The translations under genes and the position numbers were made by a program. 38,771 nucleotides of DNA from Acutalibacteraceae bacterium (GTDB lineage Bacteria; Bacillota; Clostridia; Oscillospirales; Acutalibacteraceae): assembly GCA_045540835.1 (NCBI GenBank), contig JAZQHX010000318.1, forward strand, positions 1 to 38,771, read 5' to 3'. Shown here in pieces: positions 1 through 8,399 of the stretch (its first letter is position 1; every line of letters begins with the position of its first letter). A model generated the notes under the pieces. The model saw only the letters and a list, made by a program, of their open reading frames with translations. It was not told where the DNA came from and did no database searches.

Positions 1-128
1 GGTAATAAGTAAGAGGTAATAGTGAAGAAGTTTCGGCGTCGGCTTTGCCGACGAAATATAAAAAATATGTAGGAGTTCAAATCCTTACAATGAATTTTTT
101 AAAAGCATCTAAATTGTACGTCCATTCC

Positions 129-164
129 AAAAAATCGACAAGTTTTGACTTGTCGATTTTTTTA
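129..164. terminator. Bidirectional intrinsic terminator-like hairpin
   Basis: Perfect 10-bp stem ATCGACAAGT/ACTTGTCGAT (134-143/148-157) with a TTTG loop. An A-run lies 5' and a T-run 3'. Confidence 0.6.
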
Positions 165-322
165 TCCATTGCGAAAACAATTGTATATCATCACGCGTAG
201 CGTGTATAAAAACCACAATGATGATATGCAGCAGTTAAATATAAAGCAGTATATTTGTTATAGCTATATCACTTGATACGAGCTTTATTTTTTGCTATAA
301 TAAAAATGGAGGTGGCATTTAT

Positions 323-955
323 ATGAAAAATGTGTTGCTTATAGGTGACTCTATCCGTATGGGATATGATAAGGCTGTGAAAAAATCGCTTGAGGGTATA
401 GCGCAGGTGCATTTTCCGCGTGAAAACTGCAAGTTTGCCGCGTATGTACTGCGGTTTTTGCATGAGTGGAAACCAAAGCTTGAGGAAGGTGAGCAGATTG
501 ACGTTATCCACTGGAATGCAGGCCTTTGGGATAATCTCCGCCTTTTTGGCGAGGAGCCGCAAACACCCATTGATTTTTATGCATATTATATTGAGCGTAT
601 CTGTATTCGCATTAAAAAGCTTTTCCCCGATGCCAAGGTGATTTTTGCTACCTCAACAAGTGTCCAGAGTGAAAAGATGAACATCAATTTTATGCGGCAA
701 AACAGTGATATAGAGCGTTATAACACCGTGGCGTGCAACATTGTAAAAAAATACGGGTTTGAGGTAAACGACCTTTATTCCTTATCACTTACATTATCAC
801 CCGAGGCGCACTCCGATGCCGTTCACTATTACACAACCGAGGGCACTGAGACCTTTGCAAATCAGGTTCTTTCCTATATAGCCTCGGCTTTAAAGCTTGA
901 AACCGTTCCCGAGTATAAAGAGGAGCTTTACACCGATAAACCAATTGGAATATAA
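323..955 (+). CDS. SGNH/GDSL-family hydrolase (esterase-like)
   Basis: 210-aa ORF with RBS GGAGGTG upstream of the ATG. N-terminal block-I motif LLIGDSI and C-terminal DAVH (DxxH block V). Confidence 0.7.
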   Translation: MKNVLLIGDSIRMGYDKAVKKSLEGIAQVHFPRENCKFAAYVLRFLHEWKPKLEEGEQIDVIHWNAGLWDNLRLFGEEPQTPIDFYAYYIERICIRIKKLFPDAKVIFATSTSVQSEKMNINFMRQNSDIERYNTVACNIVKKYGFEVNDLYSLSLTLSPEAHSDAVHYYTTEGTETFANQVLSYIASALKLETVPEYKEELYTDKPIGI

Positions 956-964
956 ATTAAATGA

Positions 965-996
965 GGGCAGAGGCGCAATCGCGTCTCTGCCCTTTA
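965..996. terminator. Intrinsic terminator between convergent genes
   Basis: About 12-bp stem GGGCAGAGGCGC/GCGTCTCTGCCC (one G:T) followed by TTT. It sits between the 955 and 1000 gene ends. Confidence 0.6.
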
Positions 997-999
997 AAT

Positions 1000-2028
1000 T
1001 CAACTGTTTTTGCTTCTTATATTGTTATCATCGTTGCTATAGATTCCGCAAATTATTTTCTGAATCTTAAGCGCCTCTTGACCTGATACCTCAAGCTCCT
1101 CAAGACCCATAACCGAGCGATAGAACTGCCTTATCTGCACTGCGTGCTGAGTGCCCCAATAATCCTTGCCGCCTGTATACGAAACCAGCTTTTGAGGACT
1201 GTTTTTAACGGTTTCAACCTCACCGTTATTATAGGTTATAGTGCCACTGTCATAGGAGAAGCAGGCTCTGCCGTTTTCGCATAAAAGCCTTATTTCTATA
1301 GGCTCGTCAAAGAGATAATTGTTCATAGCATAAAAGGAGAGCAGCGCGCCGTTTTTATACTTGATAAGACCCTCTGCCGAATCCTCTACCACCATTATTT
1401 CGTGATTTCGGTTGTGAAGGGTTGACTGAATTTCAGAAATTTCGTCATTTATCATCCAGTTTGCAAGGTCAAGTGAGTGAATAGCCTGATCTATAATTAC
1501 TCCGCCACCTTCCTTGTCCCAGGTGCCCTTCCAATCCGAGCCGTTATAGTAATTATCCGAGCGGAACCAGGTAAGAGTTGTGCGGCCGCATTTTACACGG
1601 CCGAGCTTTCCGTCGGTAATTCTTTGCTTTATAAGCCGGGAGGGCGTGTTATAACGGGTCTGGAAAATAACGCCGTATTTAACACCGCACTCGCTCGCTA
1701 AATTCACTGCATTTTCGGCATCTTCATAATTGATGCTCATCGGCTTTTCGGAAATAACGTTAACACCTGCTCTGAATGCATCGCAGGCAACGGACGTGTG
1801 CAGATAGTGCGGCAGGCAGATATGCACCGCATCCAGCTTTTCACATTCAAGCATTTTTTTATAATCGGTATATATTTTACCGCCATATTTTTCTGCTGCC
1901 CGTTTAGCTCTTTCGGGCTTGATATCGCAAACAGCCACAAGTTCGGACTCTTCGAGCGCTCTTATTGAATCAAGGTGCATAACCGAAATGTGACCGCATC
2001 CGATAACTCCGATTTTCAGTTTATCCAT
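1000..2028 (-). CDS. Gfo/Idh/MocA-family NAD(P)-dependent oxidoreductase
   Basis: 342 aa. N-terminal Rossmann motif KIGVIGCGHIS and an EKP motif (ISEKPMS) typical of the family. Confidence 0.8.
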   Translation of the reverse strand: MDKLKIGVIGCGHISVMHLDSIRALEESELVAVCDIKPERAKRAAEKYGGKIYTDYKKMLECEKLDAVHICLPHYLHTSVACDAFRAGVNVISEKPMSINYEDAENAVNLASECGVKYGVIFQTRYNTPSRLIKQRITDGKLGRVKCGRTTLTWFRSDNYYNGSDWKGTWDKEGGGVIIDQAIHSLDLANWMINDEISEIQSTLHNRNHEIMVVEDSAEGLIKYKNGALLSFYAMNNYLFDEPIEIRLLCENGRACFSYDSGTITYNNGEVETVKNSPQKLVSYTGGKDYWGTQHAVQIRQFYRSVMGLEELEVSGQEALKIQKIICGIYSNDDNNIRSKNS

Positions 2029-2035
2029 ATTATCC

Positions 2036-2980
2036 TCACAGATTATTAAGAATATCTATAACAGTTTCAAGCTCCTCGGGTTTTACCATATCGGGAGAAA
2101 TGTTGTTCTTAACACAGTCAGTAAAGTAGATGATTTCGTTAGAGTAAGCGTTGCTTTTAGGAAGGTTAATGCCGTCAACAGCATCGTTGCTTGCAAAGTT
2201 AATATCAACAACCTCGCCACCGCGCTTATATACCTTAAGTCCGTCATCCTCGTTTGAAACAACAGCATTCTCAAATTGGAATCGGAACTGAGCTTTGAAT
2301 TTATAGGGGGACGCATACCAAGAGGATTCAGTGTTTATACAGAACCCGTCAAACTCATAAACCGTGTTAATATAATCCTGATCCTTTTTCTTTGAGCGGA
2401 AGGTGTTAGACTTCTTCGGAGCGCCAAAGGCGTATACCATAAAATCAAGGTCGTGGATATGAAGATCATAGGGTACCCAGCCGCTACGTCTTTCATCTCG
2501 CATCCAGTCATCCCAGCTCCAACCTGGGAAGGCGCTAAGGCGCGTCATAGTACCTGAAAGAAGCTTGCCGAACTCGCCGCTATCGTATACTGACTTGAGG
2601 TATACGTATTCGGGCCAGAAGCGCAGAACCTGAGCTACCATAAACTTAACGTTGTTCTTTTGAGCGGTTTCGTAAACGCGCTTAACATCTTCCTGTTTCA
2701 GAGAAATAGGTTTTTCACAAAGCACATTGATTCCCTTTTCCATTGCTTTAACAGCAAAATCGGCGTGCATAAAAGTGGGGAGACAGATATCAAGAATATC
2801 AAGCTCCTCATTTTCAAGCATCTCATCAAAATCGGTGTACTTGCGGACATCCTCATATTTATCCATTCTTTCGGGGCGTACGTCACAAAGTGCCACAAGG
2901 CTTACACCCTCTAATTTTTTCCAAGAAGGAATGTGCGCGCCACTGATGTTTCCAACACCAACTAAACCAACCTTAAGCAT
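2036..2980 (-). CDS. Gfo/Idh/MocA-family oxidoreductase
   Basis: 314 aa with KVGLVGVGNISGAH and CEKPIS motifs. Lies in tandem with the previous paralog-like gene. Confidence 0.8.
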   Translation of the reverse strand: MLKVGLVGVGNISGAHIPSWKKLEGVSLVALCDVRPERMDKYEDVRKYTDFDEMLENEELDILDICLPTFMHADFAVKAMEKGINVLCEKPISLKQEDVKRVYETAQKNNVKFMVAQVLRFWPEYVYLKSVYDSGEFGKLLSGTMTRLSAFPGWSWDDWMRDERRSGWVPYDLHIHDLDFMVYAFGAPKKSNTFRSKKKDQDYINTVYEFDGFCINTESSWYASPYKFKAQFRFQFENAVVSNEDDGLKVYKRGGEVVDINFASNDAVDGINLPKSNAYSNEIIYFTDCVKNNISPDMVKPEELETVIDILNNL

Positions 2981-2984
2981 AGCA

Positions 2985-3821
2985 TTAACCTCCGTAAACT
3001 TCGTTAATTATTTCTGACAGGTAATCCTTGGCATAGAGAATATCCTTTGCCTGCTGTTCGCCTTCAATCTCGCGTTCAATGGTTATGTAGCCGTTATAGC
3101 CGAGCTCGTGAAGCTTTTCTATAACACCTCTGAAATCGACCTTACCGTCACCAATACGGGTCTCTTTGCCTAAGTTCTTGCCATCAGTGGGATAAAGTCC
3201 ATCCTTAGCGTGAATATTTTTGACAAGCTTTCCGAAAACATCGAGTGAGTCAACGGGATTTGCCTTGCCATAGAGAATAAGATTTGCGGTATCAAGGTTA
3301 ACGCCAAGGTTATCCATACCGATTTTCTCCATACAACGAAGCATTGTAACAGGTGTTTCCTGACCCGTTTCAAAAAGCAGATTCTGATCATTCTTTTTAA
3401 GGTGTTCTGCAACAGTTTTTATAGCGCACACAAGGGGGTTAAAGTTTTCGTCATAAGGGCTCTCGGGAATAAAGCCCATATGTGTTACAACATCACGTAC
3501 ACCAAGCTTTTTGGCAAAATCTGCACCGTCGCAAAGGTTCTTGATGCGCATTGCGCGGTATTCAACCGGCACAAGACCGATGGTTATAGGTCCCTCGTAG
3601 AAGTTCCAAATGCAAGGACCGTCCCAGCCACACCAGAAAGCCGAAATGGTAATGCCATACTTATCGCAAAGGCCGTTTATAAGCTCTGCGTTTTCGCCTG
3701 TCCAGAGAGAAGGCACCCAGCAGGTTATCTGGCAGTTATCAAAGCCATATTCTTTGAGTTTAGCAAATTTGTCCTCAAGACCTTCAGTGGTTTTGAAGGA
3801 AACAACAGTACCGATTTTCAT
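2985..3821 (-). CDS. Sugar phosphate isomerase/epimerase (xylose-isomerase-like TIM barrel)
   Basis: ORF-track ORF trimmed to the ATG at 3821, which follows an AGGAGG RBS (MKIGTVV...). Length and overall pattern fit AP-endonuclease-2/xylose-isomerase-like TIM-barrel proteins. It is 4 nt from the downstream oxidoreductase. Confidence 0.6.
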   Translation of the reverse strand: MKIGTVVSFKTTEGLEDKFAKLKEYGFDNCQITCWVPSLWTGENAELINGLCDKYGITISAFWCGWDGPCIWNFYEGPITIGLVPVEYRAMRIKNLCDGADFAKKLGVRDVVTHMGFIPESPYDENFNPLVCAIKTVAEHLKKNDQNLLFETGQETPVTMLRCMEKIGMDNLGVNLDTANLILYGKANPVDSLDVFGKLVKNIHAKDGLYPTDGKNLGKETRIGDGKVDFRGVIEKLHELGYNGYITIEREIEGEQQAKDILYAKDYLSEIINEVYGG

Positions 3822-3938
3822 AAAATACCTCCTATATAGTTGATTTATCAATAGTTTTATGATAACATATCCCTAGGATTTAAAAATAAATTTTTTGACA
3901 TAGCATTGTAAAATTTTGACCTTTTGTGTGGTGATTAA

Positions 3939-4781
3939 ATGCTTGACAGTAAAAAAGAGCTTACGCCGGTAGTGTACGGCGAATATCCTGCCAAGGTGAT
4001 AAAGAGCCTTAAACGAAATGCGGGAATGCTTGCAATTCACGCCCATTGGCACGACAGAGTAGAGCTGCACCGTATTATAAGCGGCAGTATGACACTGTAT
4101 TGCGGCGATGAACAGATAGTTTTAAGGGAGGGCGATGTATCGGTTATATCACCGCGCCTTATGCACAGCGCTATCGCGGGTAGCGGCGGTGTAGTGTATG
4201 ACGTTATAATGTTTGATATGAGTCTGCTTCAGAATGCAACTGCGGCATGTGAGCAGTTAAAACCGCTTGTAGAAGGGGAGCTTATATTTAATATCAGTTG
4301 TTGCAATCCTATAATAACTGCAAAGGCGGATGAAATCATAAATATGCATGAATGTCGCGGGCAGTCATCCTCGCTCGAAGCTCTTGGCTCCTTATATTCA
4401 CTGCTCGGTCTTCTTATAAAGTACTGCGGCACGCATCGGAAAACCGAGCGCCTCGGGGATGACCGCTTCGGTGGGGTTATAGCGCATATAAATGAGCATT
4501 TTTGCGAGGATATCTCGGCCGCATCATTAAGCCGCGAATTCGGATACGATGAAGCCTATTTTTGCAGAAAGTTCAAGCGGAATACCGGTCTTACCGTTAT
4601 GAAATACATACAGATTATGCGCCTTGAAAAAGCGAGAAAGCTCCTTCGTGATACAAAGGATTCAGTACGTCAGATATCGCTTGTGTGCGGCTTTTCGGAT
4701 GCGGCATATTTTGCCAATTGCTTTAAAAGGCTCTATAATATGACCCCGCTTGAGATGCGAAGCGCCCATATAAAAAAATAA
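3939..4781 (+). CDS. AraC-family transcriptional regulator (N-terminal cupin, C-terminal HTH)
   Basis: 280 aa. The C-terminal AraC signature (SLVCGFSDAAYFANCFKRLYNMTPLEMR) follows a cupin-like N-terminal domain. Confidence 0.85.
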   Translation: MLDSKKELTPVVYGEYPAKVIKSLKRNAGMLAIHAHWHDRVELHRIISGSMTLYCGDEQIVLREGDVSVISPRLMHSAIAGSGGVVYDVIMFDMSLLQNATAACEQLKPLVEGELIFNISCCNPIITAKADEIINMHECRGQSSSLEALGSLYSLLGLLIKYCGTHRKTERLGDDRFGGVIAHINEHFCEDISAASLSREFGYDEAYFCRKFKRNTGLTVMKYIQIMRLEKARKLLRDTKDSVRQISLVCGFSDAAYFANCFKRLYNMTPLEMRSAHIKK

Positions 4782-4812
4782 TGGCAGAGTCGGTTTTAGA
4801 CTCTGCCATTTA
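4781..4812. terminator. Intrinsic terminator between convergent genes
   Basis: 11-bp perfect stem ATGGCAGAGTC/GACTCTGCCAT with loop GGTTTTA, followed by TT. Confidence 0.6.
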
Positions 4813-4814
4813 TA

Positions 4815-6665
4815 TTATCCTTTTTTCATACGAATCAGCATCACGCGGCACTGACCTTCGTGGTTGTTTATAAGCTCATAATCACCGAAATCGGCAGGGA
4901 TATTTGCGGCCTGCAGATAATCAATGGTGGTCTCAAGTGATGGGTCTTTCTTTGAACGGATGGTGATGTTTTTGCCTATCTCCAAGGTTATGGCGTGGAG
5001 ATATTTGCCCTCGGTGCTGTATTCTGCGCGCTCGTTAAAGGTGATGCGCTCAATGTGGAACGGCATTTCAGGGAGGGTTGAGAACTGCTCTAATGAGTAT
5101 TCGGGTGTCCATTTAATAACCTTGGGACGCGCTCTCAGATGATCCTTAACCCAGCTTTCGCGGCGGGCGCGGTCTATATTAAAACCGTGACGCGCCTGGA
5201 TATTACTCGGCTTTGCAGTCATAGTCTTTGTGTTATCATCCCAGGTGTTTCTGCCAAAATCGTGCATAAAGAAGGAATATTCGCAGGTGGTGGTGTTAAC
5301 GTTGGTATCCATCTCAAGCACCATCTGTCTGCCGCCGTGACCATGGGTGGTTCCGGGCGGGATTAGGAACAAATCTCCGGGCGCTGTTTCCCACACCTTA
5401 ACATAGTTGCGCCAATCGGGAATATAATCCTTGTTTTCTGCCGCTTTAAAGCATTTTTCCTGCCATTCGTCAAGATTTGCATCGTCCTTGAAGCCCATAA
5501 CCGTAGCAGAATTCTCATAGGCTTCTAATATATAATAGGTCTCATAGCGGCCGAACTGCTCGTTAAAGGTGCGGCGGGCATATTCTGTAGAGGGGTGGTT
5601 ATGCTGCGGCATCGCGGTACGCTCCATCGGAACGTCGGGGTCCTCAAAATAGCCGTCATCAATAGCAACAAGCAACGGCCACCACTTAGGAACCTCGGTG
5701 TCCCAGTATTTGCCGACAAAGCGTTCGCCGTACTGCAAAAGGTTAACAGAGGGCAGACGAATCTGCTTTTTACCGATATCAATTATCATATCAAGCTTGG
5801 GGCTTGCAATGGTGTTCCAGGCGCTGTTTGAAAGTCCGGGTACATCCCAGAGCTGTTTAAAGCGATATGCGCCCCAGGCGCCAGGCATAAATATCTTAAC
5901 CTGCTTAACGGGCAGGTCAAGCACGCGGTTAATTATTGTTTTATAGGCATCCTTTGAAATAAGGGTGAGCTCCTCGGGATGAACGGCCTCAACATAGAAG
6001 TCCATATTGTCGAGCATAAACCATTTCTGATTATCAAGCAGATGGAAATCTACGTAGTAAAGCTCCTTCCAATAATAATCGGGGTCGGGCTCGCTGTGTC
6101 CAAAGGGAATAAGAGTATTGTCCCACATATTCCACATAATAGGGTCCTTGGTCATATCAAAATAAAACTTATAATCGTAGACCTCTATAAGCTCTCTTAT
6201 GCAAGCGCCGGGCGCATAAACGATTATTATTTCCTTTTCGCCCGTTTCACTCTTTAACGCCTTAAGCTCGGCCTTGAGTGATAGTATGGCATCGCTGTCC
6301 ATAATATCCTCAACAAGACCGTCCTGATTTTCCCAACCGAGACTCTGGTCATATTCGAGATTGGGGCGCTTATATTCGCGGATAAACTCCTTGTCCTTGA
6401 AAACGCGGTTAATATGTATGGCGCGAACCTTAATATTCTCTTTTGTGGCTTCATTGGTTATGGCTTTGAGAATCTTGTCCCATTCTACACAATAGTTACC
6501 GTCAAATCCTAAAATACAACGGTCACTCTTTTTAAAGATCTCAAGACTTAAAGCCATAATTTTTTTATCGCAGATATCGGTTCCGATAAAAACGTTGTCA
6601 ACTGTATTCTGGTCAACCTTGATTTTGTTTTCGGCATTCACTGCATATTCGTATAACTTGCGCAT
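4815..6665 (-). CDS. Uncharacterised ~616-aa protein with type-I phosphomannose-isomerase-like cupin motifs
   Basis: ORF trimmed to the ATG at 6665 (RBS AAGGGGG). QHNHP and PPGTTHGHGG...LEMD resemble the QxHP and PAGTxHA metal-site motifs of class I PMI. The N-terminal ~300 aa are unassigned. Confidence 0.4.
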   Translation of the reverse strand: MRKLYEYAVNAENKIKVDQNTVDNVFIGTDICDKKIMALSLEIFKKSDRCILGFDGNYCVEWDKILKAITNEATKENIKVRAIHINRVFKDKEFIREYKRPNLEYDQSLGWENQDGLVEDIMDSDAILSLKAELKALKSETGEKEIIIVYAPGACIRELIEVYDYKFYFDMTKDPIMWNMWDNTLIPFGHSEPDPDYYWKELYYVDFHLLDNQKWFMLDNMDFYVEAVHPEELTLISKDAYKTIINRVLDLPVKQVKIFMPGAWGAYRFKQLWDVPGLSNSAWNTIASPKLDMIIDIGKKQIRLPSVNLLQYGERFVGKYWDTEVPKWWPLLVAIDDGYFEDPDVPMERTAMPQHNHPSTEYARRTFNEQFGRYETYYILEAYENSATVMGFKDDANLDEWQEKCFKAAENKDYIPDWRNYVKVWETAPGDLFLIPPGTTHGHGGRQMVLEMDTNVNTTTCEYSFFMHDFGRNTWDDNTKTMTAKPSNIQARHGFNIDRARRESWVKDHLRARPKVIKWTPEYSLEQFSTLPEMPFHIERITFNERAEYSTEGKYLHAITLEIGKNITIRSKKDPSLETTIDYLQAANIPADFGDYELINNHEGQCRVMLIRMKKG

Positions 6666-6858
6666 AAAGAGCCCCCTTATAACTAATTTTCCAATTAAAA
6701 TATAACATTTATATTTTAAAACTTCAATGTATAAAATCGTAATATTTTTATACTTTTTCGTAAAATTCACAAACAAAATATGCCTAAAAATAAAACACTT
6801 GCAATTTTTGTTTTGTCTGATATAATAAAATTGACATTTGTAATTTCGAGGTGATTTT

Positions 6859-7650
6859 TTGGAGATTATTAATTCTGACAGTATAAATATTAAATTAAAT
6901 CGCGTTATCTACAGAAACCGCGTGCCTTCAACCTATATAACCAAAGGCCGCGAAAACAACGGTTTTCTTTATTATGTAAAGGGCGGCCACGAATTTGATT
7001 TCGGCGATAAAAGTATATTGACACACAAGGGCGATTTCGTTTATATGCCGTATAGCAGCGTCTATGAAAACAGGTTGATTTCGGATGATACCGAGTATTA
7101 TCAGGTAGATTTTCTTTTGTTCGATGAAGGCAAGCCCTGTGCGCTATTTGACGATGCCCGCGTTATAAGCGGAACCAAGGCCACCGATTACTTTATATTG
7201 ATAAAGGAAATATATGATTTGTATTCTGCGAGAGATTCTTCATATAATATTTCCTGTATAGGCAGTATCTGCAAGCTTATAAATATGATTATGCTTACCC
7301 ACGAAAGCGATGAGCTTAAAATTAAAGGCTCAAATATTATTTCAAAGAGCATAAGCTATATTAAGGAGCACTATAACGAGGATACCTCTATTGAGGAGCT
7401 GGCGGCAATTTCCGATATAAGTGTTTCCAATCTTGAGAAAACCTTTAAAAAATGTTATGGCACCACGCCGATTAACTATAGAAACACGATAAGGATTAAC
7501 GAAGCTAAAAAGCTTATTCTCACAGGCTTTTCCATTCAGGATGCGGCCGAGAGGGTAGGGTGGCCTAACTATTATTACTTTTGCAAGATATTTAAAAAGC
7601 ACGTAGGTATGTCACCCGGCGAGTTTCGTACTGCAAATAAGGGAACGTAA
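6859..7650 (+). CDS. AraC-family transcriptional regulator
   Basis: 263 aa with a TTG start after a GAGGTG RBS. C-terminal AraC HTH (VGWPNYYYFCKIFKKHVGMSPGEFR). Confidence 0.8.
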   Translation: MEIINSDSINIKLNRVIYRNRVPSTYITKGRENNGFLYYVKGGHEFDFGDKSILTHKGDFVYMPYSSVYENRLISDDTEYYQVDFLLFDEGKPCALFDDARVISGTKATDYFILIKEIYDLYSARDSSYNISCIGSICKLINMIMLTHESDELKIKGSNIISKSISYIKEHYNEDTSIEELAAISDISVSNLEKTFKKCYGTTPINYRNTIRINEAKKLILTGFSIQDAAERVGWPNYYYFCKIFKKHVGMSPGEFRTANKGT

Positions 7651-7754
7651 GGAAATTTATGGGTTATCCTTTGTTTGCCGCCGACATTTTGACCAAATAT
7701 GACATTAAAAATAGCTAAAAGATTGGATAAATATTAGAACTTATTAACAAAATG

Positions 7755-7782
7755 TTGACGATTTCATTAAATGTGGTATAAT
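7755..7782 (+). promoter_or_regulatory. Sigma-A-type promoter for the HPr gene
   Basis: TTGACG (7755-7760), 16-nt spacer, extended -10 TGgTATAAT (hexamer 7777-7782). A small hairpin AGATACA/TGTATCT lies in the 5' UTR. Confidence 0.5.
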
Positions 7783-7831
7783 TAGATACAGAGATTTGTA
7801 TCTCAAAACCAATTTTCGAGGAGATTTTATC

Positions 7832-8095
7832 ATGTGTGTTAAAGATGTTGTAATACAGAATCAGGTTGGTCTTCATGCGCGTCCCGCTACCTTCTTTATT
7901 CAGAAGGCAAACGAGTATAAATCTTCTATCTGGGTTGAGAAGGACGATCGCAAGGTAAATGCAAAGAGCTTGCTCGGCGTTCTTTCGCTCGGTATCATTG
8001 GCGGCACAACAATCAAGATTATTGTTGACGGCAGTGACGAAAAAGAGGCTCTTGAGGGTCTTGTAGCTCTTGTTGAATCAGGTTTTGTAGATTAA
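7832..8095 (+). CDS. ptsH: HPr-family phosphocarrier protein
   Basis: 87 aa from the ATG at 7832 (RBS GAGGAG). Active-site motif GLHARPA (His15) and a KSLLGVLSLG regulatory-Ser region. Confidence 0.85.
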   Translation: MCVKDVVIQNQVGLHARPATFFIQKANEYKSSIWVEKDDRKVNAKSLLGVLSLGIIGGTTIKIIVDGSDEKEALEGLVALVESGFVD

Positions 8096-8107
8096 TTAAT
8101 TTTTTGT

Positions 8108-8136
8108 TTGACATTTCTGCCTGACTGATGTATAAT
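8108..8136 (+). promoter_or_regulatory. Consensus sigma-A promoter upstream of tRNA-Pro
   Basis: TTGACA (8108-8113), 17-nt spacer, TATAAT (8131-8136). Confidence 0.55.
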
Positions 8137-8179
8137 ATGTCGGTCGGGCAAAGTTTGTCCGTAAAAAACTACATAGTAT

Positions 8180-8255
8180 CCGGGTGTGGCGCAGCTGGTA
8201 GCGCGCTTGACTGGGGGTCAAGAGGCCGCAGGTTCAAGTCCTGTCACTCGGACCA
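8180..8255 (+). tRNA. tRNA-Pro (anticodon GGG)
   Basis: 76-nt cloverleaf folded by hand. Acceptor CCGGGTG/CACTCGG, D arm GCGC-AGCTGGTA-GCGC, anticodon arm CTTGA-CTGGGGG-TCAAG (GGG, G37), T arm GCAGG-TTCAAGT-CCTGT, encoded CCA. Confidence 0.85.
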
Positions 8256-8257
8256 TT

Positions 8258-8305
8258 GCGAGTGACGTTATAGGATTCCAAATTCTTTAACGTCGCTCGC
8301 TTTTT
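8258..8305 (+). terminator. Intrinsic terminator after tRNA-Pro
   Basis: 13-bp stem GCGAGTGACGTTA/TAACGTCGCTCGC (one G:T) followed by TTTTT. Confidence 0.65.
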
Positions 8306-8399
8306 ATTACTATATTTACCTTTTTAAGATAGCTTTTGATAGCTATCTTTTTTTGTTTTTAATTGTATATATGTTCTCTGAAAATTACATCTCCTTAAG

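Noticed and set aside
179-188. Third copy of AATTGTATAT in the far-left host flank
   Set aside because: It shows that the motif used as a candidate att remnant can occur by chance in this AT-rich DNA. I kept it only as a caveat to the att finding.
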